From: Balanoglossus misakiensis
Lineage: Eukaryota; Animalia; Hemichordata
DNA: 64,000 bases
Direction: 5' to 3'
Assembly (NCBI GenBank): GCA_040954595.2
Contig: CM082580.2
Coordinates: 8,162,390 to 8,226,389, forward strand
Below are positions 51,855 to 64,000 of the stretch, piece after piece. A program made the position numbers and the translations under genes. Below the pieces are notes generated by a model. That model worked only from the letters and a program-made list of their open reading frames with translations, ran no database searches and was not told the origin of the DNA. Numbering within the stretch: position 1 is the stretch's first letter; every line of letters begins with the position of its first letter.

Positions 51855-53114
51855 ATGAATCAGGTATGGTTTCGATGCCAAGTTCTACAGCATGAAAGAT
51901 TCTTTATCTTTTACACTTCGATGCTCATTGCTGTACGTCCACAAACGTGCACATAGTGCTGGAAGTTCATTTTAAAATATGGTTTTAAAGGCAAATTTCC
52001 CGTTGATATGGTTCTTTTTCATGTATTGTCAGTTTTCCTCGAGAAATGTTGGCAATGTACAACTTAACACTAGTTTTCCGAGACTGTTGCCACGTAACCA
52101 TGATCCATTGCAACCTGTTGAATCAAGCTATTTCCACGAGAATTCATGGTTAACGTTCGGCCTTTTTTTCAACTCGCCAGGTGATATCAGTTGTATTCTT
52201 TGTCCTGGCTGCGCTGGTCGCCGTGAGCAAAAGTGTCCCCACCGGCATCCTGCCGAACTCGCCGGAAAATGCGGGAGCGGGCCTGAGCGACGCCAACGTG
52301 CTGCTCGATCAAGAGAACGGCGAAAATTCCTACCCCGTGGGCGGGGGGAGTCAGGGCTTGGACGGCGGCGATGCGCCGGACGCCGGCTCAAGAAGGAAAC
52401 ACCCGAACATGATCGACGCTTCTTGCTTCGAGCCATCAGAGCAACTCCTCCAGCAGCAGCTGATGAAGAAGGAGAAATCCTACCCGAACTCCCCCGTGTT
52501 CGCCGTCTACCCGTTCGAAGAGACCGAGGAATCAAGGAACTCCATCTCAGGTATGGACAACCCTTACCCGAGGATGACGCCCAACTTCACGTGCCCACTC
52601 GAGCTGAACGACGATATCTACGCCGAGATCAGCGACCGGGCTCTCTGTCCGTGGACATTCACACTGGACAACGATCCCAACAGGTTCCCCAAGGTCATGG
52701 CCGTGGCTGCGTGCCGCTGCACTAACGGTTGCATCGATCCCAGCAACGGCGGACAGTCGCTGAACAGCCACTGTGAACCAATCACTTACCGTGTGCGAGT
52801 TCTCAGACGTCAGCCTGGTTGTGACGGCGGATACTACAGGTGAGCTTTTATTCACTTTTGTCGTGCCCGCCGATTGTCCCCCCCTCTCTACATAAAATAC
52901 ATCAATTTTACATACTTTTTCTATCCCGATACCACTTTCGGCTTCTAATGTTCGCTTCAGGGTTAATTTTGGTAAAAATGAAGTTCTTTTTTTCTTATCG
53001 TCTTTTCTCTTTTTATTTCCTTTCTCCAGATATCGTTTTGCATGGGAAGCGGTACCAGTTGCCTGTGTGTGCGTAAAAAACCGGGTGTACAGAGGACCGG
53101 AGAGGCTGACGTGA
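51855..53114 (+). CDS. Interleukin-17 family cytokine B, ~250 aa, secreted
   Basis: Exons 51855-51863, 52181-52839, 53030-53114. Signal peptide MNQVISVVFFVLAALVAVSKS; IL-17 motifs RALCPWTFTLDNDPNRFPKVMAVAACRC..GC...CEPITYRVRVLRR...VPVACVC. Confidence 0.94.
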
Positions 53115-53735
53115 GAAAATTCCGTCCAGTAGTTTTGTTCGAATTGAAGACAGCTTTTTTATTCATAATGGACATATTTATTTTGACGTCACTTGCCTTT
53201 TTGTACTGTCTCAACAAAATAGGGCCTGCAGCACCGTGCGAAAATTGCAGTAACCTGCCGGTGCTTCAGCCAAATTAATTTTTTTTTCACGCGAATCGAT
53301 CGGCTCCTATATACCCATAATTGTCGCAACGCGGAAAGGACTTCAGACTTAGGAAATCCCCGCGGTTTACCTGGGCCCAGCCGAACTCTGACCCGCAAAC
53401 TCGTGACTGTATCAGCAGCGGGTTCACATATCAGAGCCGGAATCTCACCGTCATGACGTCATCCCGTAAACATGGGCCCTCACGAAGGGTCGAAAGTACG
53501 ATTTTATCTTTCACAGCAAGTTTCAAGTTGCAGTGTTATTATGACACTGGTTTTCACATTTCTCCAGCGCAATTCTTGTACGATAACTTCCACAGTTTAC
53601 GTCTCAATTTGTGCGAGAAAGTTTTTTTTCATAACTAAGTACGTTTTGTAAACGTTACTAAACTGATGCAGGCGCAGTTGTACGAATGAGAAGACTTTAA
53701 TTTTTTCTCGTTTGTACAATCGTCTCTAAATCGTT

Positions 53736-53750
53736 TCATTCTGTGAATGA
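53736..53750 (+). promoter_or_regulatory. Constitutive decay element (Roquin-type stem-loop), likely in the IL-17 gene B 3' UTR
   Basis: TCATTC-TGT-GAATGA: 6-bp stem with a UGU triloop and the UUCUGUGAA core. Confidence 0.6.
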
Positions 53751-54186
53751 GCCTTAAAATTAACTTATATGTATCTCTTATGAGACTATTACTCTTACTA
53801 TTACCAATCGTTGACTTAGTAACCAGTAAGGTTAGTAAAAGTAACTTCATGTATATGAATTTTTAACAAGTTTAATACTGTCTTTTCATAGCAACTGAAC
53901 GGGTGGTATTTTTCACGCGAACCCAGCAAGCATATCGGGGTTATGAAAATGAAATCGAATATCTCATATCACTTCGTCAAACCGAGGAAAACATTTTCCC
54001 GTTGGTATTATGTCTTTATGTCTTAATCCTTAGTTTCCAAAACACAGCAAAGGCTGTTAGATGAATATTGTTTTAAGAACACTACTCTCAACATATCGTG
54101 TTATATATTAAATTTCAGAATGTTAATATTTTTTATGAATAGTACAGGCACCGTTATTTTTTCCAGATAAACTTGCAGGGCTTCAA

Positions 54187-54319
54187 ACAAATGGAAAGTT
54201 TTCATACCGTGATATTTATTTGTATTTCCAGGGGAAATTTAGCATAATTATATATAAATTATGCTAAATTTCCCCTGGAAATACAAATAAATATCACGGT
54301 ATGAAAACTTTCCATTTGT
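54187..54319. repeat. Perfect inverted repeat, 63-bp arms with a 7-nt spacer
   Basis: 54187-54249 is the exact reverse complement of 54257-54319; spacer ATATATA. Confidence 0.95.
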
Positions 54320-57300
54320 AATAATAGGGAAGAAACTATTCAGATTTGTCCTGGTGGCATTGTTATTAATATATTGAATTATTTTGTTGCTATTGTCTTT
54401 CTGAAAGAGTCTACTGGTTTAGATAAACATATCATGTTCCTCCAAATATGTTTTGCTCTTATTAAAGGGGTTAGCGTGTGCAGGTTTGCCGTGTACTCCA
54501 GAGCCTTGACATCGTGTATGAACTTTGACCTACTTTCACGTGGTCATTCTGAGGCTGGCGATGACCTCATAGAGGTTTACGTCTTTCTTAAAGTATGTGT
54601 ATTTATTTTCAGACGTCATGTTTGTCAGAAATTAACACAGCTGGACTGGTGTATGTGTTTTTTTATGAAACTAATTTTTGTATTTTATGACGAAAGTTTG
54701 ATTTATTAAAAAATGAAATGAATTTAAAATCTCGGAGTTGTGTTTCCCTTACTGTTATTGTAGACGGATTATATGAACGTTTGTTTAGAACTTTCGGAAA
54801 TTAGTACAACGTGAATGTTACTCGTTCAGAATACTATGTGAATGCTTAACCTCGTATACTTTTGATGCAAACGGACCGTCGTCAAAACTCTAGATTGGGG
54901 TCATTGAGGTCTCCCATTGTCGACCAAATTTGGACATCAGATCTTTCTGTTGATCTGCGTTTGATATGGTAATCTGATAAGCTGGAATTCCCAGCGAGAC
55001 AATTTGCTTTGTATATACATGTAGTAATTTCCGGCAAATTGTTATGTCTGTCCATTTGATGTACAGCCCAAGTCAGGTCCCAGTTTCCGTGTGTACCTCT
55101 ATTCAGTCCATCATTTTTTGACTGAAGGTTATAGATTGGCCAAAGTTCACTCTTTCAGACAAGTCGGTGAGTATCGCTTATTATAGCAAACACGTCTTGG
55201 TGAAAAAAATGTGCGGACTCAAAAAAAAAAACTCTCTAAAACAAATGCCGAATGTCCATCTGATATCGTTATCGATTCTTCGCTATGCAGACTAGAATAT
55301 TGTTATCTTTATATTTTTTTCTCAAACTATAACACTTTTAGAAAGCGACATCTTCTATGTAAGTTAAATTCTTTTGAATGACGTAATACCTGATTTCTGT
55401 TATAGATGGTCTATGTGACTGCAGATATATGGGGTGATGTAGGCCAAGGCAATTGTTTGTCTTGGCGTTGGGAGCAGTTTCCGTGTTGACACTCTATTCT
55501 TAGGTGATGGTGGTGGTGCACACGTGTATGTGCCGTCCAGGGTCCATGTCCGACGTGTATACACCTTATACAAGACCTCGCTTTGTTGTTGGCGTTGTGT
55601 ACAGTTCGCGCAAATATTTCTTTCCTGGTTCTTATCTGGGCAACGGTGAAAAACACGCGTTTATTATGTTGATTAACATCTGATTTTTACAAGGTGGAGT
55701 TTGCAAAAGTCAAACTCTTATAATTTATAATCGGAAATACCATCGCGGTTGACAATGTCTGCAATTTCCGAAGGTTATTTTTTATGAGAGAAATTATAGT
55801 AAGACAACAGATTGAAAGCACCGATTGTCACGCAAATTTCATGCAGGTAGCGAATTTTGACATGGGTGGATTTGCCAAATTTTAAATAATATCCAACACG
55901 GTGAAGAATACCACATGTAGTATTATACTTCTGTGCAATTTTCCATACAGTGTCTGGCTATGCGAACTTGGTCTTGCCAAAGCCGTCTTCAAGTAAGATT
56001 TAACTCAGCGTGGGTATTGAGAACCAGACCGTGGTTACATTGTGCTTTCTTGGTTTTATTCATTTGGGTTTTCAAGTTGGTAGCACAGGTGTGGTCCCAA
56101 GAAGACGTGCTAAAATGCGAGCGAATCCGAGCAGATAAAATATGCATATTATTATCAGATCCATAGAACTGTAGAAGGCCCTCTGGAGGTGAAATACCCG
56201 GATGTTGTTGAGTGACGAAGTCAACATGGCGGCCAATTTGAAAACAGCAAGAGGAATACGCTACGATTAGACGGCAAACACCGTATATGGCGAGTATCTG
56301 AGTTCCTAAATGACCAGGTAAACATATAATAGCAAGAGTACGTTACATTCTGACTTTATTGCGAGATCACAGGCATTCTGAAATACCTTAAATCGGAAAA
56401 TGCTCACCCCAAATGTCTCTGTTGTTTAGTGTTTACACTTGAGTGCCTATGCTGGTGCATGGTGTACACAAAGTATATGCAATGCCATTGTGTGAGCGTG
56501 ATACGTTTCGACATGTTGCGACCGTTTAGCGTCAATACAGTCTGTATCCAAGGACGTTCGTACGTCCGTGCTGGATCTTAGCTACAATCACTGAATGGCC
56601 CGAAAGTTTCTTAGCTGACATAGCCCAAACGTTTCCGGGAGGCGGTGAGGAAAAATACAAGACACCAGGAAAGAAGTCACTGTGTGTACATTTACTTTAC
56701 ACCACACCCATACAAGGTCAGAGCACTGTAAATAAAATCTGTATTTGCTTATCAGCAAGAAAATGGGTGTTTTCTGAAAAATACAGCATTATTGGATTTG
56801 CATATCATAAATAACTATTCGTGCTCAAACCAATGACCTTGACTCAATGAAGGTGTGGAATCATCTGCCATTATTGTGTTATGCAATATCCTGTATGTAT
56901 AGTTTCTTGAGAACTTGCAACTGGGTCAAAAAATCCATCATCAGTTATTTTTACCTAAACAATACAACGGTGAACCGTAGGCATGGAAAGTAAAACTCAT
57001 CTGTGATTTCCTGGAGTGCTGTAAAATTCCACTGTTAATTACCCCTCTCCCCCTAACATGCCGTACAATGTCTGAACTCTTATTTCCGGGAGACTTGGGA
57101 CAGTTCTGCGGAATCTCCCCACAAGGTCACCTTTGAGTAATCACGAGAGAGTGAATCCTTTGAAGCATGATCTGCCTTGTATGTACAATGCACAGTAGTA
57201 AAGCTACATTGTAGGCAGGTATTAATTTGGCCTGAACATTGGCCGTGGTGTGCCAGACAAGAGCACTTTTATAGTCAAGGATGTATTCAATGAATCCAAA

Positions 57301-57583
57301 GCAATGTCATGTTAGTGCGATCAATCTTGGCATGATGAAATAAAAAATCTGTGATGCTTTTCTACAGTTTTCAGTCTATCCTCGTTTAGTCCATTATTAT
57401 TCAATTACATGTTATGTGACTTGACTCTCTAACATGAATTGATGTAAAAGGTATCTGAAGTAGCGATGACTGTGTAACATACAGGAAAACCATTCTTTTG
57501 AATCTCCACCCAGCTTTAATCCATAAGTTATGGTATCATAGAGGCAGAATTTCAGAACTGAACCGTGCGGGAAGACATTTAGA

Positions 57584-60500
57584 ATGGAAGCCAACAAAGA
57601 AAATATTCCAAACTTCCAGTATGGTCAGAATACCAGTTATGGTTTTGTGAAACCAAAGATACAGGTAAAGGAATAAAGCCATCTTTCTACTTTTGTCACT
57701 GATGTGTTTATTAATAAATGTCTAATTCTTTGTGTATTGCATGCATTATTGTTTTGACAAGAATAACAAAATGTCATATGTTGACTTCATGGTGCATTTA
57801 AATGTGCTATGAACAGGCAAAAAAATGATTGTGTAGTTCTGGTAACTTGACCTGTCCTTAATGTTACCAGCCGACTGTAAACTTTTGGAAGCTAAGTAAA
57901 CGTTAGTGAATATAATTTTTTTAGTCTTCCTGAAATGATCAAATTTAAGATCTAGAGGATAAATGTAGGGGGTTTACATCAACGTCACCATCTTAAAAAG
58001 GAACAAAAACAAAGACATCTAAAAATAAAAAAACATTTCCTTGCTTACCTACCCTATTTTTGAAAATGATGTTATTGAACCACGTGTATGCTTTTTTTTG
58101 CTTGACATGCAATTACTAGTACAGTGTACATGTCATAAGGAAGTTTGATTTTTAAAAAAAATGTAGTTTCGAATGTTTGAGGGCGCTGTTTATAATGATC
58201 ATTCACGAGACTGTTCCTCCTCAATCCTGCCTCTCTCTGTTTTTTTTACCCTTTCAAGGGTCCATCAATTCAAGATTTTGATATTATCAAGCCAATCAGC
58301 AGAGGTGCTTTCGGGTAAGTCTGAAATTCATTTTTGATTTTTGGCAGAATTTACCAGGACGTTGGCAACATGCACAGTTGCGCCAAGTTACAGATGATGA
58401 ATTACCCACATCTACGGAGACAATTGTATAATGTTGTTTTTCTTTACTCAACAGGAAAGTCTTTCTTGGCAGGCACAAGGTTAAAGATAAACTTTTTGCC
58501 ATCAAGTCCATGAAGAAAGCTGACATGGTCCATAAGAATATGGTCCAACAAGGCAAGTCTAAAATTTATAAGCCTTAAAAGGTATTACGGTATTGGTGGA
58601 AAACTGCAATAAAGAGATATTCGCAAGGTGATTTCTAAACTATCGTTTTTCAAATTTTCATCGCTCAGTTTTATTTTGTGCACACAGTGATCGCGGAACG
58701 GGATGCCCTGGCTCTGTCCAAAAGTCCGTTTGTGGTTCAACTGTATTACTCAATCCAGACAGCTCAGACTATCTACCTGGTAAGTTGGCACTCTCAGCTT
58801 TATGATGTTGTGTATTGGATGAGCTGTTGTAATTACACCGGGAAGAAAGTAAATGGTTATGCAAAATTCGTGCATTACATGGATGATGAAAAAACACCTA
58901 ATGTAAAGAAAAAAACTTTGATTTTCCCCATGACTGATTTGGAGACGTTGTTTCAACTATATTTCTTCAGGTAATGGAGTATCTGATCGGAGGGGACATC
59001 AAATCATTACTTCATATCTTTGGTTATTTCGACGAGGACATGGCTGTCATGTACATAGCCGAGGTCATAATGGCCTTAGAGTACCTCCACAGTCATGGCA
59101 TTATTCATAGGTGAGTAAGGTCTTACAAGTGAAAATGACCAGCATTCAAGCCAAACTGACAAAGCATTACTAGTAAATCTGATGGCAGTGTACTGTACAT
59201 GTGGTGTTTGGTTGCTCACATTTTTCCCTGTGTTTTTCTTGCAGAGATTTGAAACCAGACAATATGCTGATAGCTGACAATGGTCACATTAAATTGACTG
59301 ATTTTGGTCTTTCTAGGATATCTCTGAACAGAAGTAAGTTTCCGAATAGATTATGTTGACTCATCTGGTGCACATACCACATTTTTCACAGCAAAGTAAT
59401 GTAAGTGATACAGAGGAAACAGAGACAGTGAATTGATTATGAATATTCTGTGTTCTATGGAAAACTTGGATTGGTCCAGTTATTTAGGTGCATCAGATAT
59501 CACATTGCCTGTGTTTGTAAAGCAAAAAAGTGTGTCAATGTACATGGGAAACAACTGCGGTCTCTCTTGTAAGACATGACTAATCTGGTGATATGTTTCC
59601 TTGTTACAGAGATTGGTATCACAGATTTGTTGAACACCCCCTCTGTCGGCAAACTGTCCAAGGCCAAGGATTATTACAGGACACCAGGACAGATTCTCTC
59701 TCTCACCAGTACCCTTGCATTTGTAAGTATTGGATTTGAACTCAAAGCCGAACATAGAGTAGCATCTGGATAATTGATTCATGTTTTATGAGAAATGTTT
59801 CTTCCAACCCAGTTTAAAGATCTAATAAAAACTGCTGTTTATAAAGGGATTGGGGAAACTTTTTTCGTTCTAAGGTCTTTTTATAATCACATGTTCATAC
59901 TACATTCCAGAATATGCCTACAACTGATGAGAAAGACTCTAACTCAATGAAGGGGACTCCGCTTCACGGCTCCAGTTTCATGAAGAAAGCACCACATCAA
60001 TTGGCCATGAGAAAGTCTGGCATTGAACTCTACGCATCGCCGGCGCTGAGCTGCTGCACCAGCGACGCCGACAGCGATCGTCGGAATAGTGTCGACTCCC
60101 AGAAGAGGTTTGAATCGGGGTTACTGGCTGGCGCGGAAGATAAACCCCAGCAGACTGTCTCCGAACGAACCGTTTCCGATTGCTGCCCCCGGAATGGCGA
60201 GAGCAGTGGGAGCAACTCCACAACAAGTGGCGAACTCCCCGATTCTATTGACTGCTGTATAGACGGGTGTGATAAGAAAGCGACTGGCTTTTACATTGGC
60301 GACAATGACGGTGGTGATGCTGGTAATGATGACGGTGTTGACGGAGATGACGATGGTGATTATGAAGATGATGATGACGACGACGATGATTTCGACACTC
60401 CAGCCACTCCGCGTTCCAGACTGTGTTCCTTGAGGATGGCTCCGCCCATTCTGAGCCTGACACCCAAATACGGCCAGACTCCGTCGTCGAGCGATTTGAG

Positions 60501-63500
60501 CTCAATCCCCTCTCAGACGAGCCTGCCGGGCATGTCCGGCGGTCAGGCCGCACTGAGGAGGAAAAATCAGGGCTTGCACAGAGATCTGCTCACTGCGAAC
60601 AGACTCAAGTTACAGAATTTTGACACTGAGCTGGGCTGCAGCTCGGATATGTTCAGCAGTGATGAGAGTTTCGAGGCGGCTAGCAAATATCTGGGCGACA
60701 AGGACTGTGAAAGCCCCTTGGGGGAAATTGTCTCTGTGGAGAGCAAGAAGGAAACGTGCGGCAAAGTGGTTTGCAATCCACTCCGATTTGGATGCGATTC
60801 GGATGATGAAAGTGCGACAAACGAGGTGATAGGCTGCGGGGGGCGTAAACGTAGTTTCGACTTCGTGGACCAGAGTCCCTTTCAGCCGGGCAAGCATTTT
60901 GGCCAGCCGCGGCAGAGGAGGAGCGTTTCGGATCAAGGCAGCACGGGTCTGACCATGGAGATCTTCGGCATGAACATCAACAGGCCGGCCTCGGCTCTGA
61001 CGAACACTAGCGCCGCCGCCTCCTCCGACACCACTCCCCAGATACCGGCCCAGACGCACCACCCCAAGAACCGCAGGGGCTGTCCTCTGCAGAGGAGAAA
61101 CTCCAGCAAGAATCTCTTTGCCGCTGGGGAGAAAGGCAAAGCTGCTGCTAAACCCCGGGAAAATGCGAAGAATCACTTTAATCCAGGCTTGGTTTTCAAG
61201 AAGCCGGTATTTCGATGCCAGTCGTCGCCGCTTAAAACGTCAGAGAAGACCGACTCTATCCGCGACATGTCGCAAGTAAGTAAACTGTGCGACCCTGTCG
61301 ATACAGGTATGTTTGATTGCTCCTTTGAAGAGAGGGACTCGCTCGACTTGTTGGAACTCAGCAATGACCAGTTGGATAACTTGGCTGCAGAGAGCAACGG
61401 AGGACTGAATAGCTGTGACAATTACGTGGAAGAGGATGGGCATAGACCGATTTGCGCCGATACTCCGATGGACAAATCGAGACACGAGAAATCGGTCGAC
61501 AGTATCGAATTCTGCAATGAGAGTGCCGAGGAGAAATCTCTGAAGATAGAGGTGCCGAGAGACGCCGATCCGTCCGATCTGAGCACAGAGTACCATCCCC
61601 TCAACATCAGCATGAAGGAGCTGTCCTTCGAAGACCCGAAGCACAACAGCGGCACCGCGGCGTCCCCCGCCAGCTCCTGCTTCGACGCGACGATGCTCTC
61701 GATCCCGGATGAAATCCGCAAAGGGAAACCGTGCGGCGTTTTGCCGAAAGACGGACACTTTGGAGGTGGCGCCCTGACGGCCATTCGGGAGAGCCCCATC
61801 CCGTCCAAGAAACAGGGTGACCATGGCGATGACCGCCTGCCCAAGGTGGCCAGCTCCACCTTGGTGACGTTTGCAGAGAAACTGACCCAGCTGGTGCCCA
61901 GTCTGAATTCTTCTGGAATGGAGAAATCAGGCTACACGGCAAGTCTGGCAGATGCCAGTATGGCGTCTTCATCCGTCGGCTCCTTCCATTCCATGGCAAC
62001 TCCAGGCATCTCCGGCAGAAGAAGTAAACATTCTTTTTCTGTAAGTAGTCAGAGATTTACAATGACTAGCTGTCACTTTCTAAAGAGGAGCTTTCTCTCT
62101 GCCATTCTTTCGATGCACTCTTTGACTGTTGTAAAAACCTTTTATCATGGTATTCATTAATTTACAACTGTTGCGTATATGTAATTGTTATGCTTTGTTC
62201 TCACGCGCAGACCAAGTTTTTCACTCCGGGAAACCAGTCCCATCGTGAGCAGGCCAGGTACAGACCATTCTGCACTCCGGGCCACAACCAGCAGCCGCTG
62301 CGCACTCCAAAGTCCTGCAGGCGAGGTCCTGTAGTGGAAGAGCCCGGCAGGATACTGGGAACGCCCGATTACTTGGCTCCAGAGTTACTCCTGCAAAAGC
62401 CACACGGTAAGCCAGACCTGTCTGAGAGTGTTGAGGGGATGGAGATGCTTTTGTTTTTTTATCAGGTCCCATTTGGGCCATCCCAAGCAGAAAGGGGTCT
62501 TATGGGAGTGTGTTACTTATGACCATAAGACCTCTTTGTGCTTGGGATGGCCCATTCGGTATACATTGTACATGATACATATACCATTGCTGTGTCAGTG
62601 ATGCAGTGTACCCTTTAGACTGTTGCTCTAAGTAGTCAAAACCAGTCAATCCAGCCATGGAACAATTTTTCTCCTCCACAAACCCAGCACTGACTGATTC
62701 ATGTTATATTCTCTTCCCTCTGTAGGTAAGGAGGTAGACTGGTGGGCACTTGGTGTCTGCTTCTTTGAGTTCCTCACAGGCATACCACCATTCAATGATC
62801 AAACCCCGGATCTTGTCTTTCAAAATATTCTCAACAGAGGTGAGTCATCCTGGCTGTCTCGTGCACTGATCTGACAAAAAAAAAGTTTCTTTTGGGGGAG
62901 TTGTGACCTTTGGTGATTGTGTAGTTAAGGAGATGAGTTGTTTTCAAACAAAAATTTATATTTTTTTCTCTCAGATCTATACTGAACTACAAACATTTAT
63001 TCGTACATTTTGAATATTGTATTTTAGACATTCCCTGGCCTGAGGAGGAAGAATCCCTTTCAAGCAATTCCCAGAATGCAATTGATATTCTGTTGAACCT
63101 TGACCCAGGTCAAAGAGCAGGAACTCTGGGTAGGTCACCGCATCATGTGTTTTTACTCCTACATAGCCTGATGAAAGGAGGCAATTTTGCAGAGTGTGAG
63201 ATGTACCGTAAGATTTTTGAGAACCTGGATTGTAGCGTTGAACGCTGATTATTTGTGTGTTTTATCATTTCTGACGACAGAATTGAAGAAACACGGTTTA
63301 TTTGCCAACATTGACTGGGCTCACATCCATGAGAAAACGGCACCTTTTGTGCCAAATCCCGATGATGCAACTGACACTTCCTATTTTGAAGGTATGTGGC
63401 TTGCTTTTTACATAAATTATGCATACTTTATACTTTACACATTTCTTTTTGAGGTCCTGGTCATTTGAATTTTTGTCTGTCATCAGTTTTAATACTAATC

Positions 63501-63614
63501 TCTATTTATCACTCCAGTTTTATCAATAATTTTCTCATTTTTTCCTTCATCTTATTTATTTTTGCAGCCCGAAATAACATGCAGAATCTTCAGGTATCTG
63601 CAATTGATCTTTGA
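57584..63614 (+). CDS. MASTL: Serine/threonine kinase Greatwall (MASTL), ~1122 aa
   Basis: Exons 57584-57664, 58259-58314, 58455-58552, 58688-58779, 58971-59110, 59245-59333, 59610-59722, 59911-62040, 62211-62406, 62726-62839, 63028-63129, 63281-63391, 63568-63614. Motifs [43 protein letters not shown], a long insert splitting the kinase domain, [13 protein letters not shown] and [14 protein letters not shown] possible 12-aa N-terminal extension starts from ATG 56310 (exon 56310-56317 spliced to 57556). Confidence 0.95.
62474..62554 (+). ncRNA. Candidate intronic pre-miRNA-like hairpin (alternatively a small MITE)
   Basis: 32-bp stem with one G.G mismatch and one G.U pair, and a 17-nt loop containing UGUG, inside MASTL intron 62407-62725. 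Confidence 0.35.
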
Positions 63615-64000
63615 GGATGCAGTGTCCACCACACCAAACGAGTATTTTTTGTTATTTTTGATCATGTGTTGGTTTTGAAAACCAAATGTATTGGTGCTAG
63701 CATGCCCCTGGTAGAGCAGGAACTGATTTTGAATTTTGCAATGAACTTGAATTACTGTAAAACTGCTGCAAGAATTTACACACATCATGTGCATTCTATT
63801 ATTTAAACCTTGGAAGTATTTTTTGCTATTTTTGGAATTCCCAAACTGAATTCGTTTTAAGGGAATAAAGCAGAAGCCATTTTGAATATTTTTGTCTGTT
63901 TGTAGTTGTTTATTTCTGTAGAAGTGTCCATGTTGACAAATATGGGCCCTTAAGATTCTGTTGTTTCCCATAACTATTTGTATATTCTTTCTATGTTTGA

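Overview
Eukaryotic (metazoan, intron-rich, probably marine invertebrate) genomic DNA; no prokaryotic features, CRISPR arrays or rRNA/tRNA genes were seen. Seven spliced protein-coding genes were reconstructed by hand from splice sites, frame continuity and recalled family motifs (no database searches were run). In order: ICE2/NARG2 (minus, 3' end runs off the window) head-to-head with transformer-2 (plus); a ~2540-aa ankyrin-repeat MAP3K19/YSK4-type kinase (minus); SH3YL1 (plus); two tandem IL-17 cytokine genes (plus); and MASTL/Greatwall kinase (plus). The most interesting signals are in RNA processing and regulation. tra2 has two tandem 129-nt paralogous RRM exons separated by a 51-nt intron (apparently mutually exclusive), a candidate NAGNAG microexon, and GAA-saturated exon-like blocks downstream of its stop codon (candidate autoregulation). 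ICE2 appears to use three GC-AG introns. The SH3YL1 start codon is split by an intron. The IL-17 pair carries kB sites, AU-rich elements, a canonical Roquin-type stem-loop, an orphan kB/TATA promoter and a perfect 63-bp palindrome. A MASTL intron holds a pri-miRNA-like hairpin.
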